Shown here one piece after another: positions 20,002 to 30,000 of a DNA stretch of 64,000 nucleotides. Within the stretch, counting starts at the first letter, position 1. Each line of letters begins with the position of its first letter. The stretch is from Candidatus Sumerlaeaceae bacterium (lineage in GTDB: Bacteria; Sumerlaeota; Sumerlaeia; Sumerlaeales; Sumerlaeaceae), in NCBI GenBank assembly GCA_051003195.1, contig JBPCLP010000045.1, forward strand, positions 1 to 64,000, written 5' to 3'. The notes under the pieces were generated by a model, which did not search any database, was not told the origin of the DNA, and saw only the letters and a program-made list of their open reading frames with translations. A program made the position numbers and the translations under genes.

Positions 20002-21531
20002 ATGACGACTCGCCGTTACATCGCTTTCGACTTCGGCGCCGAATCGGGGCGTGCGATTGTTGGCACCATCGCGAATGGAAAGCTGGACTTGGACGTGCTG
20101 CACCGGTTTTCGACAGAAGGCCTGGTGATGCAGGGGCGGCGCCAGTGGGACGTGACGCGGATGTACGCCGAAATGCTGACGGGACTGACCGCCGCCGCGC
20201 GCAAGTACGGACCGCACTTCGACGGCGTCGGAGTGGACACCTGGGGCGTCGACTTCGGTCTGCTCGCTTCCGACGGTACCTTACTAGCCAACCCCACGCA
20301 CTACCGCGATAAAGCCCACGCCTCCACCATGGACGAGCTTTTTGCGGCAGGCCATCACGAGAGCAAGGCTGGGAGCGACCCCGTTTCGGGGGCAATCGGC
20401 GCAATCTCCCGCAACGACGTGTATAAACGCACCGGTATCCAGTTTCTTCCGTTCAATACCGCCTGGCAGCTTGTATCCCTGGTCCAGCGCAACTCGCCGC
20501 TGCTCGAATGCGCCGACAAACTCCTTTTGATGGGCGACGTCTTTGGCTACCTGCTCTCGGGCTGCACGGCGTGCGAATACACGAACGCCAGCACAACACA
20601 ACTTCTGAACCCGAACACACGCACTTGGGACGATGAACTCGTCAGCCACCTTGGTATCCCGCGCCACCTGCTTCAGCCGATCATACAGCCCGGCTCCGTA
20701 CTTGGCGCGCTTCTTCCAGAAATCGCCGCACACACCGGCATCGCACCTGGCACCCCCGTCATCTCACCCGCAACCCACGACACCGGTTCCGCGGTCGTCG
20801 CTGTGCCCGCCGCCGCAGATACCAGCGATTGGGCTTACCTCTCCAGTGGCACGTGGTCGCTCATGGGCGCGGAACTCGGTGCCCCAATCGTAAACGAACA
20901 ATCCCTCGCGCTCAACTACACCAGCGAAGGCGGCTACGGCGGCACCATTCGGTTCCTGAAAAACATCATTGGCCTATGGATCCTGCAGGAATGCCGCCGC
21001 TGCTGGCAGCGCGAACTGAATACGGAATTACCTTACGCACAGCTGATGGAGGATGCCGCGGCGGCGCAGCCGTTCGGAGCCATCATTAATGTCGACGATC
21101 CACGGCTGCTTGCGCCTGAGAACATGTGCGACATTGTCCAAACACTGGCTAACGAAAGCGGCTACCCGGATCCACTCTCGCGTCCCCAGATGACGCGATG
21201 TGTGCTGGAGAGCCTCGCGCTGCGCTACCGGCGCACCTTGCACGAACTCGACTCGCTGACCGGCCGCACCACACGCACACTTCACGTCATCGGCGGCGGC
21301 AGCCAGAACACGCTGCTTTGCCAGATGACGGCAGATGCCTGCGGCATATCTGTCCTGGCAGGCCCTGCGGAGGCAACCGCCATCGGCAACATAGCAGTCC
21401 AGGCCATCGCAACGGGCGCGGTTGACTCGCTTGCGGCCGCACGCCAACTCATCGCGAAATCATTCTCTCTCACGCGCTACGAACCAGTTGCCGATTCACG
21501 ATGGGACCGATTGGGCGAGCCAATCGGATGA
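20002..21531 (+). CDS. rhaB: Rhamnulokinase (FGGY family)
   Basis: DFGAESGR, DTWGVDFG, EYTNASTTQL, HDTGSAV, SSGTWSL, RFLKNIIGLW, GPAEATAIGN. Confidence 0.9.
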   Translation: MTTRRYIAFDFGAESGRAIVGTIANGKLDLDVLHRFSTEGLVMQGRRQWDVTRMYAEMLTGLTAAARKYGPHFDGVGVDTWGVDFGLLASDGTLLANPTHYRDKAHASTMDELFAAGHHESKAGSDPVSGAIGAISRNDVYKRTGIQFLPFNTAWQLVSLVQRNSPLLECADKLLLMGDVFGYLLSGCTACEYTNASTTQLLNPNTRTWDDELVSHLGIPRHLLQPIIQPGSVLGALLPEIAAHTGIAPGTPVISPATHDTGSAVVAVPAAADTSDWAYLSSGTWSLMGAELGAPIVNEQSLALNYTSEGGYGGTIRFLKNIIGLWILQECRRCWQRELNTELPYAQLMEDAAAAQPFGAIINVDDPRLLAPENMCDIVQTLANESGYPDPLSRPQMTRCVLESLALRYRRTLHELDSLTGRTTRTLHVIGGGSQNTLLCQMTADACGISVLAGPAEATAIGNIAVQAIATGAVDSLAAARQLIAKSFSLTRYEPVADSRWDRLGEPIG

Positions 21532-22319
21532 GCCCTCGGAACGCAACGCATTGCTGCTTATTGTTTCTCTTCGTTGTCCAGCTGCTGATCATGAGTTGCT
21601 CGCTTTGTGTGGCGGGTTCATCCAGCTGCGACTTCACCTACAAACCACTGGAAGAACATAATGAAGGCGGACCCGATTACGAGGGGCTTCGGATCATTCT
21701 CGTTCCCATCGAATGCCACTCAGTAAATTCGTGCCATGCAGAGTCACTGGATGAAATCGCGAGGCCTCTGATTGTAGACGTCATTCCGCCTGGTACTGGG
21801 AAGTCGGTAGATCGCAATCCGGTTTCGGCATCTGGTATCACGCTCATTGCCAGGCCGATTCTTCCGGAACTGACGAAAGAGGAAATCGACCAGTCGCGAA
21901 GGGTTCCCATCCTTGGCTGGTTGACCGGCACAGCAACGAGCAGCGACGAACCAGTCGATCGATTCGATAGCACGGATTCCAGGATATGGAAGATGCCGTG
22001 GACGATTACCGTCGACCTGACGTCCAGCACGATTGAGCAATATAGTTACTATTCCGGGGTTAAGCGGGAAAACATTGTCGCCGCATCTGTGTACGCCATC
22101 TTGATTACCGCGGGCTATAATTGCCAAACAACGGTGACAGTAAATGTCATTGCATCCCCCGCGGACAAAGCACTGCTGAGCCTATTTAATCGAGACTTCC
22201 ATTGGGACAAGAAAGCATTCCACGTCCTGGAGGAAACGATCGGAGGTTACGTCCTAAACCGGGACGACAATCCCGGCTGGCTCGTGCAGCGTAAACAATC
22301 GCGCGCAACTGGACAATAG
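21528..22319 (+). CDS. Hypothetical secreted/membrane-anchored protein
   Basis: ATGA overlap with rhaB; hydrophobic Cys-rich N-terminus; no family motif recognised. Confidence 0.6.
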   Translation: MSPRNATHCCLLFLFVVQLLIMSCSLCVAGSSSCDFTYKPLEEHNEGGPDYEGLRIILVPIECHSVNSCHAESLDEIARPLIVDVIPPGTGKSVDRNPVSASGITLIARPILPELTKEEIDQSRRVPILGWLTGTATSSDEPVDRFDSTDSRIWKMPWTITVDLTSSTIEQYSYYSGVKRENIVAASVYAILITAGYNCQTTVTVNVIASPADKALLSLFNRDFHWDKKAFHVLEETIGGYVLNRDDNPGWLVQRKQSRATGQ

Positions 22320-22408
22320 CCAGCACGTTCGTTATTTGAGACAAGCAGTTCCTACCGCTTTGGTAAAATTTCCTCGACGTATAACTGCGGGGGTTGCATG
22401 AACGGCTC

Positions 22409-23686
22409 ATGACCATTGAAGCGCCAGTTGAAGTCGAGATACTCTATGGCCGCGGGAAACTGCGTGTTGCGCTACCACCGGCGGATGTGACAATCATTGA
22501 GCCATCGCATGTGCCCGGCCTGCCGGATGAGCATGCGGGGTTTCGGGAGTCGGTCCGGTCCCCGATCGGCTTGCGTCCACTGGCGGGGCTGGTTGGACCG
22601 CATGAGACGCTGGCGATCGTCACCAGCGACGGCACCCGCCCGGTCCCAAACGCCAAGCTCATTCCGTGGATTCTCGACGAACTGCGTTGCCGTCCGCGCG
22701 AAGTCTGGGTCATCACGGGAACCGGGTCGCACCGCGGCAACACCCCTGAAGAACTGCGCCAGATGTTCGGCGATCGCGTCATGCGTGAGTGCCACGTCAT
22801 CAATCATGACTGCCAGGATGATTCGCGCCTGGTGTCGATCGGCAAGACGCCACGCGGAATCGACGTGCGCTTCTGCCGACAGTATGTGGAAGCCGATAAG
22901 AAGATCACGGTCGGGTTTATCGAGCCGCACTTCTTTGCAGGATTCTCCGGCGGACCAAAGGCGCTGCTGCCCGGCATTGCGGATATAGACAGCATCCTGT
23001 CGTTCCATGACGCGTACATGATTGGTCACCCGCGAAGCACATGGGGTGTTCTGGAAGACAATCCGCTGCAGCTGGAGTCGCGCGCCGCGTCGCGATTGTG
23101 TCCCCCCGATTTTATGGTGAACGTGACGCTCAACGGCGAAAAAGAGATTACCGGTTACTACTGTGGCGACTGGCTGGAAGCGCACCGTGCCGGATGCGCG
23201 TTCGTGAAGGAACACGCGACCGTCGGTTTCGACGAGCCGTTCGACGTCGTGGTCACGTCTAATTCCGGTTTCCCGCTCGACCAGAACCTCTACCAGACGG
23301 TCAAAGGCATGTCGGCCGCGGTCCAGGTGGTGAAACGCGGCGGGACGATCATCGCAGTTAGCGAATGCAGCGACGGCATACCGTCTCACGGCAAGTTTTT
23401 CGAGATTCTCAAAAGCGCGCCAAACCCGCGCACCATGCTTGATACAATAGAGGCGCCTGGATATCGTTGCTTTGACCAGTGGGAAGCGCAAAAACTGGCG
23501 AAGATTCAGGTGCACGCGGATGTGCAGCTATACAGCAGCCTGGATCCGGAGCTTGTGGCGGGGCTGCATATCACTCCGGTGAGTGATGTAGCGCACGCGG
23601 TCGAGCAGGCTCTCCAAGTGCACGGCGCGGGCGCGCGAGTTGCGGTATTGCCCCAGGGTCCGTTGACAATTCCGTACATCCGGTAA
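22409..23686 (+). CDS. larA: LarA-family nickel-pincer racemase/epimerase
   Basis: SDGTRP, TGSHR, NHD, EPHFFAGFSGGPK, PLDQNLYQTVKG motifs. Confidence 0.88.
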   Translation: MTIEAPVEVEILYGRGKLRVALPPADVTIIEPSHVPGLPDEHAGFRESVRSPIGLRPLAGLVGPHETLAIVTSDGTRPVPNAKLIPWILDELRCRPREVWVITGTGSHRGNTPEELRQMFGDRVMRECHVINHDCQDDSRLVSIGKTPRGIDVRFCRQYVEADKKITVGFIEPHFFAGFSGGPKALLPGIADIDSILSFHDAYMIGHPRSTWGVLEDNPLQLESRAASRLCPPDFMVNVTLNGEKEITGYYCGDWLEAHRAGCAFVKEHATVGFDEPFDVVVTSNSGFPLDQNLYQTVKGMSAAVQVVKRGGTIIAVSECSDGIPSHGKFFEILKSAPNPRTMLDTIEAPGYRCFDQWEAQKLAKIQVHADVQLYSSLDPELVAGLHITPVSDVAHAVEQALQVHGAGARVAVLPQGPLTIPYIR

Positions 23687-23748
23687 AATTTTGCGCGGCG
23701 GCTTTGCTACCGCTTGCATTCGGTGCCCCGCCAGCGAGCACTCGCAGG

Positions 23749-26337
23749 ATGCACGTCTTTGATCTTACGGGTGAATGGAATGTTCGCGCTGCGGATTCCG
23801 AGGAAGTCTTTCACGGAAACATTCCGGGTTGTGTTCACCTCGACCTGCTTACTGCCGGGCGAATTCCGGACCCTTTTTGGCGCGATAACGAGAAGCTGGT
23901 CCAATGGGTAAGTGAAAAGACATGGATCTACTCGCGCGAGTTCGAGGTCGGTTCAGACTTTCTGGCAGAGGACGAGGTTCTACTGCGTTGTGAGGGGCTC
24001 GACACGCTTGCGGACATTCATCTCAACGGCCAATTCGTCGCAAGCGCGGATAATATGTATCGCACGTGGGAGTTTGATGTAAAACCTCTGCTCGCAGCAG
24101 GAACCAACCATCTTGTGATAACCTTTGCTGCGGCGCGCGTGCACACGCGGGCACTACAGAAGAAGCGCTATATCCATGCATGGCTCAGCCGTGAAGATGG
24201 TGTAAACTATATCCGCAAGGAGCCCTGCAATTACGGCTGGGACTGGGGACCAAAGCTGGTGACGTGCGGCATCTGGAAACCGATTTCGCTGGTGGGCTGG
24301 AGCACGGCACGTATTGCAGGCGTGCACATCACACAGGAGCACGGTGCGGACAACACAGCAAAGCTAAACCTGGATGTGCAGTTGGCGCTGACGACCGCGG
24401 GGCTGGAAGCGGTCGGGTCGCTTGAGCCCGGCGAGCAGAGCACGGTCGCAATTGCGAAGCTAAGTGCCCGAGTGCTCTTCGAAGCCAGGCAGCTTGCCGA
24501 TCAAATCATAGACGTATTTCCCGCCGCGACTGCTCAAATGGATTTCCTGGTTCGTGACCCCGAACTCTGGTGGCCGAACGGCATGGGTGAGCAGCCGCTT
24601 TACTCCATCCACGTGGAATTGACCGACACGAATGGGGAAACACTTGAAACCTGGCAACGCCGCGTTGGCTTGCGTGCGCTTCGCATGGAACGCAGGGATG
24701 ACGAGTGTGGTCAGTCGTTCTTTTTCAGCGTCAATGGAGAACCGTTCTTCGCAAAGGGGGCAAACTGGATCCCCGCGGATGCTTTCGCCACGCGCGTGAC
24801 TGACGATCAGTATCGTAACCTCCTGCAATCCGCCGCCGACGCCAACATGAACATGCTGCGTGTATGGGGCGGCGGCATCTATGAACAGGATATTTTTTAC
24901 GACACCTGCGACGAACTCGGCATCTGCGTGTGGCAGGACTTCATGTTCGCGTGCGCGTGCTATCCAACGTTTGATGATGCGTGGATGGACAATGTGGGTG
25001 TGGAAGCTACCCAGCAGGTTCGGCGTTTGCGGCACCACGCCTGCCTCGCGCTCTGGTGCGGAAACAACGAACTGGAACAGGGACTTTGCGGACCTGACTG
25101 GACGATCCACCAGATGCCGTGGAGCGAGGCGGCGCGACTTTTCGATGATCTGTTAGCCGGAGTGGTGAAAACGAATGATCCGCAACGCGACTACTGGCCG
25201 GGTAGCCCGCACACGCCGGTTGGGGATCGCAAGCAGTGCAACGACCCAAACTCCGGGGATGCGCACCTGTGGTCGGTGTGGCACGGGCGGGAACCGTTTG
25301 AATGGTATCGTTCATCGACGCACCGGTTTTGCAGTGAGTTCGGGTTCCAGTCATTTCCTGAGCCGAAGACGATCGCTGCTTTCGCTGAGCCGGAAGATCA
25401 GAACATCTCCAGCTACATTATGGATTTTCACCAGCGCAGCTGGGTCGGCAATGGAATCATCATGAGCTATATGCTCGCATGGTTCAAACAACCGAAGGAC
25501 TTCGACAGCTTCGTGTGGCTGTCGCAAATTGTCCAGGGCCTCGCGATGAAGTACGCGTGCGAGCACTGGCGCAGGCAAATGCCTCGCACCATGGGCGCCT
25601 TGTACTGGCAGCTTAACGACACCTGGCCCGGACCAAGCTGGAGCAGCATCGATTACTTCCATCGCTGGAAGGCGCTGCACTACATGGCGCGGCGATTCTT
25701 CGCGCCGGTACTGGTGTCGCTGGTGGAAGATGAGGGGAACCGAACAGTTGAAGTATGGCTGACCAACGACGAGCGAACTGCTGTGAACGGAACTTTGCGA
25801 ATACTCATAACGGATCCAGTCGGGGAAGTGCTGCATGAGAACAGTAGCGCGGTGACTGCCGCAGGGCAGGCCAGTACCATGCTGCCTCGACTAAACATCG
25901 ACCAACTCCTTTCGCGTGAGCTGGAGTGGCCAACCCTATCGCCCGTGCCACAGCTCACACCTGGCGGCGCGCCGGTCGAGACCGGGCGCGGTCCGCGTGA
26001 TATTATTGTGTGGGCGGAACTGGAGCTCGATGGTGCCATCGTTTCGCGAAACGTGGCGACGTTTGCAAAACCCAAACATTTCGAACTTCCCGATCCGGAG
26101 ATTACTTCGGAGTGGAGCAGTCGGGCCGACGGGTCGATCGTGACGTTACGCGCGAAGTATCCTGCCCTGTTCGTGTGGCTTGAACTCGATGGCATCGATG
26201 CGCGATTCTCGAACAACTTCTTCGATTTGTGCCCGGGGGAAACAATGCAGGTACATGTGTATCCGTCGGAGCAAGTCGACTTCGCCAGCCTTGCAGGCGC
26301 ACTAAGGCTGGGCAGCCTGTATGACACGTATACCTGA
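23749..26337 (+). CDS. GH2 beta-mannosidase-like glycoside hydrolase (no signal peptide)
   Basis: GWDWGP, KGANWIP, NMLRVWGGG, WCGNNE (acid/base), SEFGFQS (nucleophile), YWQLND. Confidence 0.92.
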   Translation: MHVFDLTGEWNVRAADSEEVFHGNIPGCVHLDLLTAGRIPDPFWRDNEKLVQWVSEKTWIYSREFEVGSDFLAEDEVLLRCEGLDTLADIHLNGQFVASADNMYRTWEFDVKPLLAAGTNHLVITFAAARVHTRALQKKRYIHAWLSREDGVNYIRKEPCNYGWDWGPKLVTCGIWKPISLVGWSTARIAGVHITQEHGADNTAKLNLDVQLALTTAGLEAVGSLEPGEQSTVAIAKLSARVLFEARQLADQIIDVFPAATAQMDFLVRDPELWWPNGMGEQPLYSIHVELTDTNGETLETWQRRVGLRALRMERRDDECGQSFFFSVNGEPFFAKGANWIPADAFATRVTDDQYRNLLQSAADANMNMLRVWGGGIYEQDIFYDTCDELGICVWQDFMFACACYPTFDDAWMDNVGVEATQQVRRLRHHACLALWCGNNELEQGLCGPDWTIHQMPWSEAARLFDDLLAGVVKTNDPQRDYWPGSPHTPVGDRKQCNDPNSGDAHLWSVWHGREPFEWYRSSTHRFCSEFGFQSFPEPKTIAAFAEPEDQNISSYIMDFHQRSWVGNGIIMSYMLAWFKQPKDFDSFVWLSQIVQGLAMKYACEHWRRQMPRTMGALYWQLNDTWPGPSWSSIDYFHRWKALHYMARRFFAPVLVSLVEDEGNRTVEVWLTNDERTAVNGTLRILITDPVGEVLHENSSAVTAAGQASTMLPRLNIDQLLSRELEWPTLSPVPQLTPGGAPVETGRGPRDIIVWAELELDGAIVSRNVATFAKPKHFELPDPEITSEWSSRADGSIVTLRAKYPALFVWLELDGIDARFSNNFFDLCPGETMQVHVYPSEQVDFASLAGALRLGSLYDTYT

Positions 26338-26358
26338 CCAACTCTTTTAAAGAACGAT

Positions 26359-26386
26359 GCTGGGAGCGCCCGCGTCCCGCGGGCAT
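26359..26386 (+). repeat. REP-like element, left copy
   Basis: GCTGGGAGCGCCCGCGTCCCGCGGGCAT: GGAG foot plus GCCCGC/GCGGGC hairpin; exact reverse complement at 27036-27063. Confidence 0.85.
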
Positions 26387-26434
26387 CCAAAAACTTCTTT
26401 TAAACGGCCACAGCACGTTTCAGCTACGGTCTCC

Positions 26435-27097
26435 ATGGACGATCCGGAGGAATTGAAAAATGCCTATCCGGGCTGGAATTCACGCGGCTATCTGCCGCAC
26501 TTTGATGATGGACTCAAATTCCAATTCCTTACGTGGCGCCTGGCCGACTCGCTTCCCGCGCGCGCGCTCGAGCGACTTAGCAACGAACCACCGACACCCG
26601 AGGGCGAGGCTAACTACCGCCGACGCCTTGAACAATGGCTCGACGCAGGCCACGGTTCGTGTGTACTTCGTGATCCGGCCGTGGCTGGAATCGTGCAAGG
26701 TGCATGCTTCTACTTCGCAGGGGAAAGGTACGAGCTGCACGCATGGTGCATAATGCCTAACCACGTACACGTGTTAATCCACACAATTGCGCCGTTTACG
26801 ATTGTACAGATTGAGCACTCGTGGAAATCGTATACGGCGCACGAGATAAATAAGGCACTGAAGCGCTCGGGCAAGTTGTGGCAGAAGGATGGATGGGACA
26901 GGTTTATACGAGATGAGAAACACTATTTGAGGACGGTCGAGTATATTGAAGAGAATCCGGTGAAGGCAAAGCTTTGCAGGGGTTCATCGGAATGGCTATG
27001 GAGCAGCGCCAATGCGGCTGCAAAAGAAGCCCTGCATGCCCGCGGGACGCGGGCGCTCCCAGCCTCGCTCTCAATTGACGATCGGAAATCGCGGTGA
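26435..27097 (+). mobile_element. REP-associated tyrosine transposase (RAYT, Y1/HUH family)
   Basis: RGYLPHF, TWRLADSLP, IMPNHVH (HUH), WKSYTA, WQ…WDRFIR, YIEENPVKA, WSSA; flanked by inverted REP-like repeats. Confidence 0.9.
27036..27063 (-). repeat. REP-like element, right copy (inverted), inside the RAYT 3' end
   Basis: ATGCCCGCGGGACGCGGGCGCTCCCAGC, perfect 28-bp inverse of 26359-26386. Confidence 0.85.
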
Positions 27098-30000
27098 GTG
27101 AAGCGTCCTTACCAGAAGAAGCATTGCATTTCGTACGCATATCGCCCGATGCGACTAACATACTCGACTTTCGTGTCGACTGGGGATATGCCTTCGTCTA
27201 TTCGCGTCGGCACTATCACCCGGAATACTGCTGGGACGGCGAGATTCGCTGCGACGGTGGACAAATCGACAGCGTGTACCAGGTGGAATATCCATATACG
27301 TGGTGGGGCCCGGTACACACGGCTAAGGAAAGGCTGCTGGAGGGGCTCACCTGGCGCTCCACAACACGGCGTGGCATTGCCGGAATTCGCATCGTGGCCC
27401 AATGCGATAATAACTGCGAGTTCATCGTCAACACAGAGCAGGGCCAGTTCCGATTTAGCGCGGAACAGGTGCGACGCGAGGGCCGCATCGTGTTTCCGGT
27501 GGGGTGGAAATACTCGCACTGCACACTGATTGTTACGCTGACGGGGTATCTGTGGTTTCGCAATGCGGCGAAGCCCGACGAGATCGTTTTAGAGGCGTGC
27601 GAGTTGAAAGGCGCGGAGGTTCTGAACTTCTCGCGCATGGATCAGGCCTGGATAGAGCCGGGGCAGAGCGTCGCATTTGACGTCGAGCTCCCAACGCAAA
27701 GTAGCGGAGGCGAACACGCATGGCTGTTTCACATGCAGGCCATGACGGCTGAGGATAAGAACGACCCGTTTGCGCTGGCCCGTGATTATATGCCGATACA
27801 AATCCTGGCAAATGGCCAAACGGTTGCGGATCTGCGCCGGCTGTTCCGCTGGCACGATGCCGCCGAGCAGATTCTGCATGACGTTTACGAGGAAATTCCT
27901 GCGAGCAAGCTGCCGCTCGGCAGGCACACACTCCAAGTCCGCAATGGGCACGACTCGTTGCCGCTGCTCGTACACCGCATAAGTGTGCGGCCGGCCACAA
28001 ATCGGCCCCTGGAGCTGGCCGTGCCGAACTGGGCTTTAGTCGGACGCGAATTCATTGTGACTGTACGTGTGCTGTCCTCAACCACGCTGGCCTTTGATCA
28101 TGTTGCAGCAATACGGTGTGCCAATCCTCCGTCGATGGAGCAGGAGTTCGAACACGGCATGCATGAGTTCCGCTTCATCGCCTATGAGCCGCTGCTGAAC
28201 GCGCAGATCAGCGTCCGGGACTCTGATAGCCGCTCGATTTCCGCAAGCATCGAAGCAGTCTACCAGCTTGCAGCCGAGCAGCCCGAAGTTAAAGTCGGCT
28301 ACGACATGACGACCGTTCCGCACGACGAGAACGAATTCATGGACTGGCTGCTCGAATACACCTGGAAAACGCAGCTCGGTAACCTGGTCTGTTTCCGTCC
28401 GTTTCCCATGGGTTGGGGCGTGGATAATAAACTCATGGAGAAATGGGGCGAGTATTGCCGCGATCACCACGTTTATGTGGAAGGAATCAACATGGATGCC
28501 GGCTCACTGCCGGTAAAAGCGGGAAACTATTTCCATGGGCTCGGCACCCATGAGCTGAGCGGCAAGCTGTACTTCTGCGATCCTGCCAACAAATGCACTG
28601 ACATGAAGGAGGCGATGGCGGGCTATATCGCCGCAGTAAAAGCGGAGGTGCAGCGTATTCGGGAGGCAGGATGCCCGCGTGTGGCGTTTGGTGATGCGAG
28701 CGGTGGGCATCGATACGCATTGATGGCAGGTGCAGATTTCCTGCGCGCGGAAACGATGGTGCCGCACACACAGCAGCATTTGTCGCAGGCACGGGCGGCC
28801 GCGCAGGCACTGGGTTGCGGCGAGTGGGGCGTGCACATAGCGGTCCAGCATCCCAAGCAGCCATACCTGGAATCGCACCTGGGGTGGTACTATTTATCGC
28901 TGATGCAGGCCTGGATGATGGGTGCTTCGTTTCTCTACGAAGAGGATTCGCTATTTGTGCTGTTCAAGGAGGAGCGCCAGGGCTGGGACGATAAGCTGAC
29001 GAAGGGCAAGCGGGACATCACGCGCGCATTCTTTCGGTTTGCGAGCACGCATCCCCGCCTGGGGGCAGTGTCAGCGGGAGATTCCGCGTCGCCTTCCCCT
29101 GGATCCCATTCTTCACATACTTCCCATCCCACCCGCTCCGCTCCCATCACCTGGGGCCCGCAAATCAACACTGCGCTCGTCCTTGGCCGCTACGCGGCGC
29201 CATTCAATGGCTTCATCTGCGGAACCGAGCAGGATCCGAGCTACAGTGTTTGGGGTGAGTTCGGCCGGCACGATCCTGCATGGGGACATCTCCAGCCCGA
29301 AAAATGCCAGCAGGTGATGGACGTGCTGATGCCCGGCGCCAGTACTCACCCCTTGCGCCAGCGTTACGACCGCAGACGCTTTTTCTTTTCAGGGACGCCG
29401 TATGGCGATTTCGACCAGCTTCCGATCGAAGCGAACGAAACAAATCTCAGCCGCTATCGACTGCTGCTTCACCTGGGCTGGAACACCATGATCCACGAAG
29501 ACTATGAAAAGCTGAAGCGGTGGGTGTTCGCGGGCGGAACGCTGCTGGTCGGCGTACCACAGTTCAGCACGCACGTCACTCGCGATTTCCTGCTGAGTAT
29601 GGACGACCTCGCACTTTATGAGGGTGGCGACGTGGCTGATCTATGCGGAGCAAAGCTCATTGGCAAAGGTGTGCGATACTGTGGCCACTGGTCACAAACA
29701 CGACCGGACTTCCAGGGTGCCCAAAGCCCGCGCTTGTCACGAGTGCCGAGCATCGCCCCCGATGAAGACGGCCCATGTCATCTTGCGGAGGTCGAAATGC
29801 ACGGGGCGATGCCCGTGCTCATCGACGCGATCAGCGGCAAGCCGATGCTGCTGAAATATGCACTCGGCGAGGGAACGGTTTACCTGATCACCACATGGGC
29901 TTATGCGGGACATGAGGAGCTCGCCGATTTCTCAGGAGCGGTCGTCGCGCACCTTGCGGAGCAGCACAAGACGCAGGCTTTTGTCACTGATCCTTCCAAC

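Noticed and set aside
26357..26434. ORF-track N-terminal extension of RAYT (MLGAPASRGH…)
   Set aside because: It is a translation of the left REP; ATG 26435 fits the family N-terminus better
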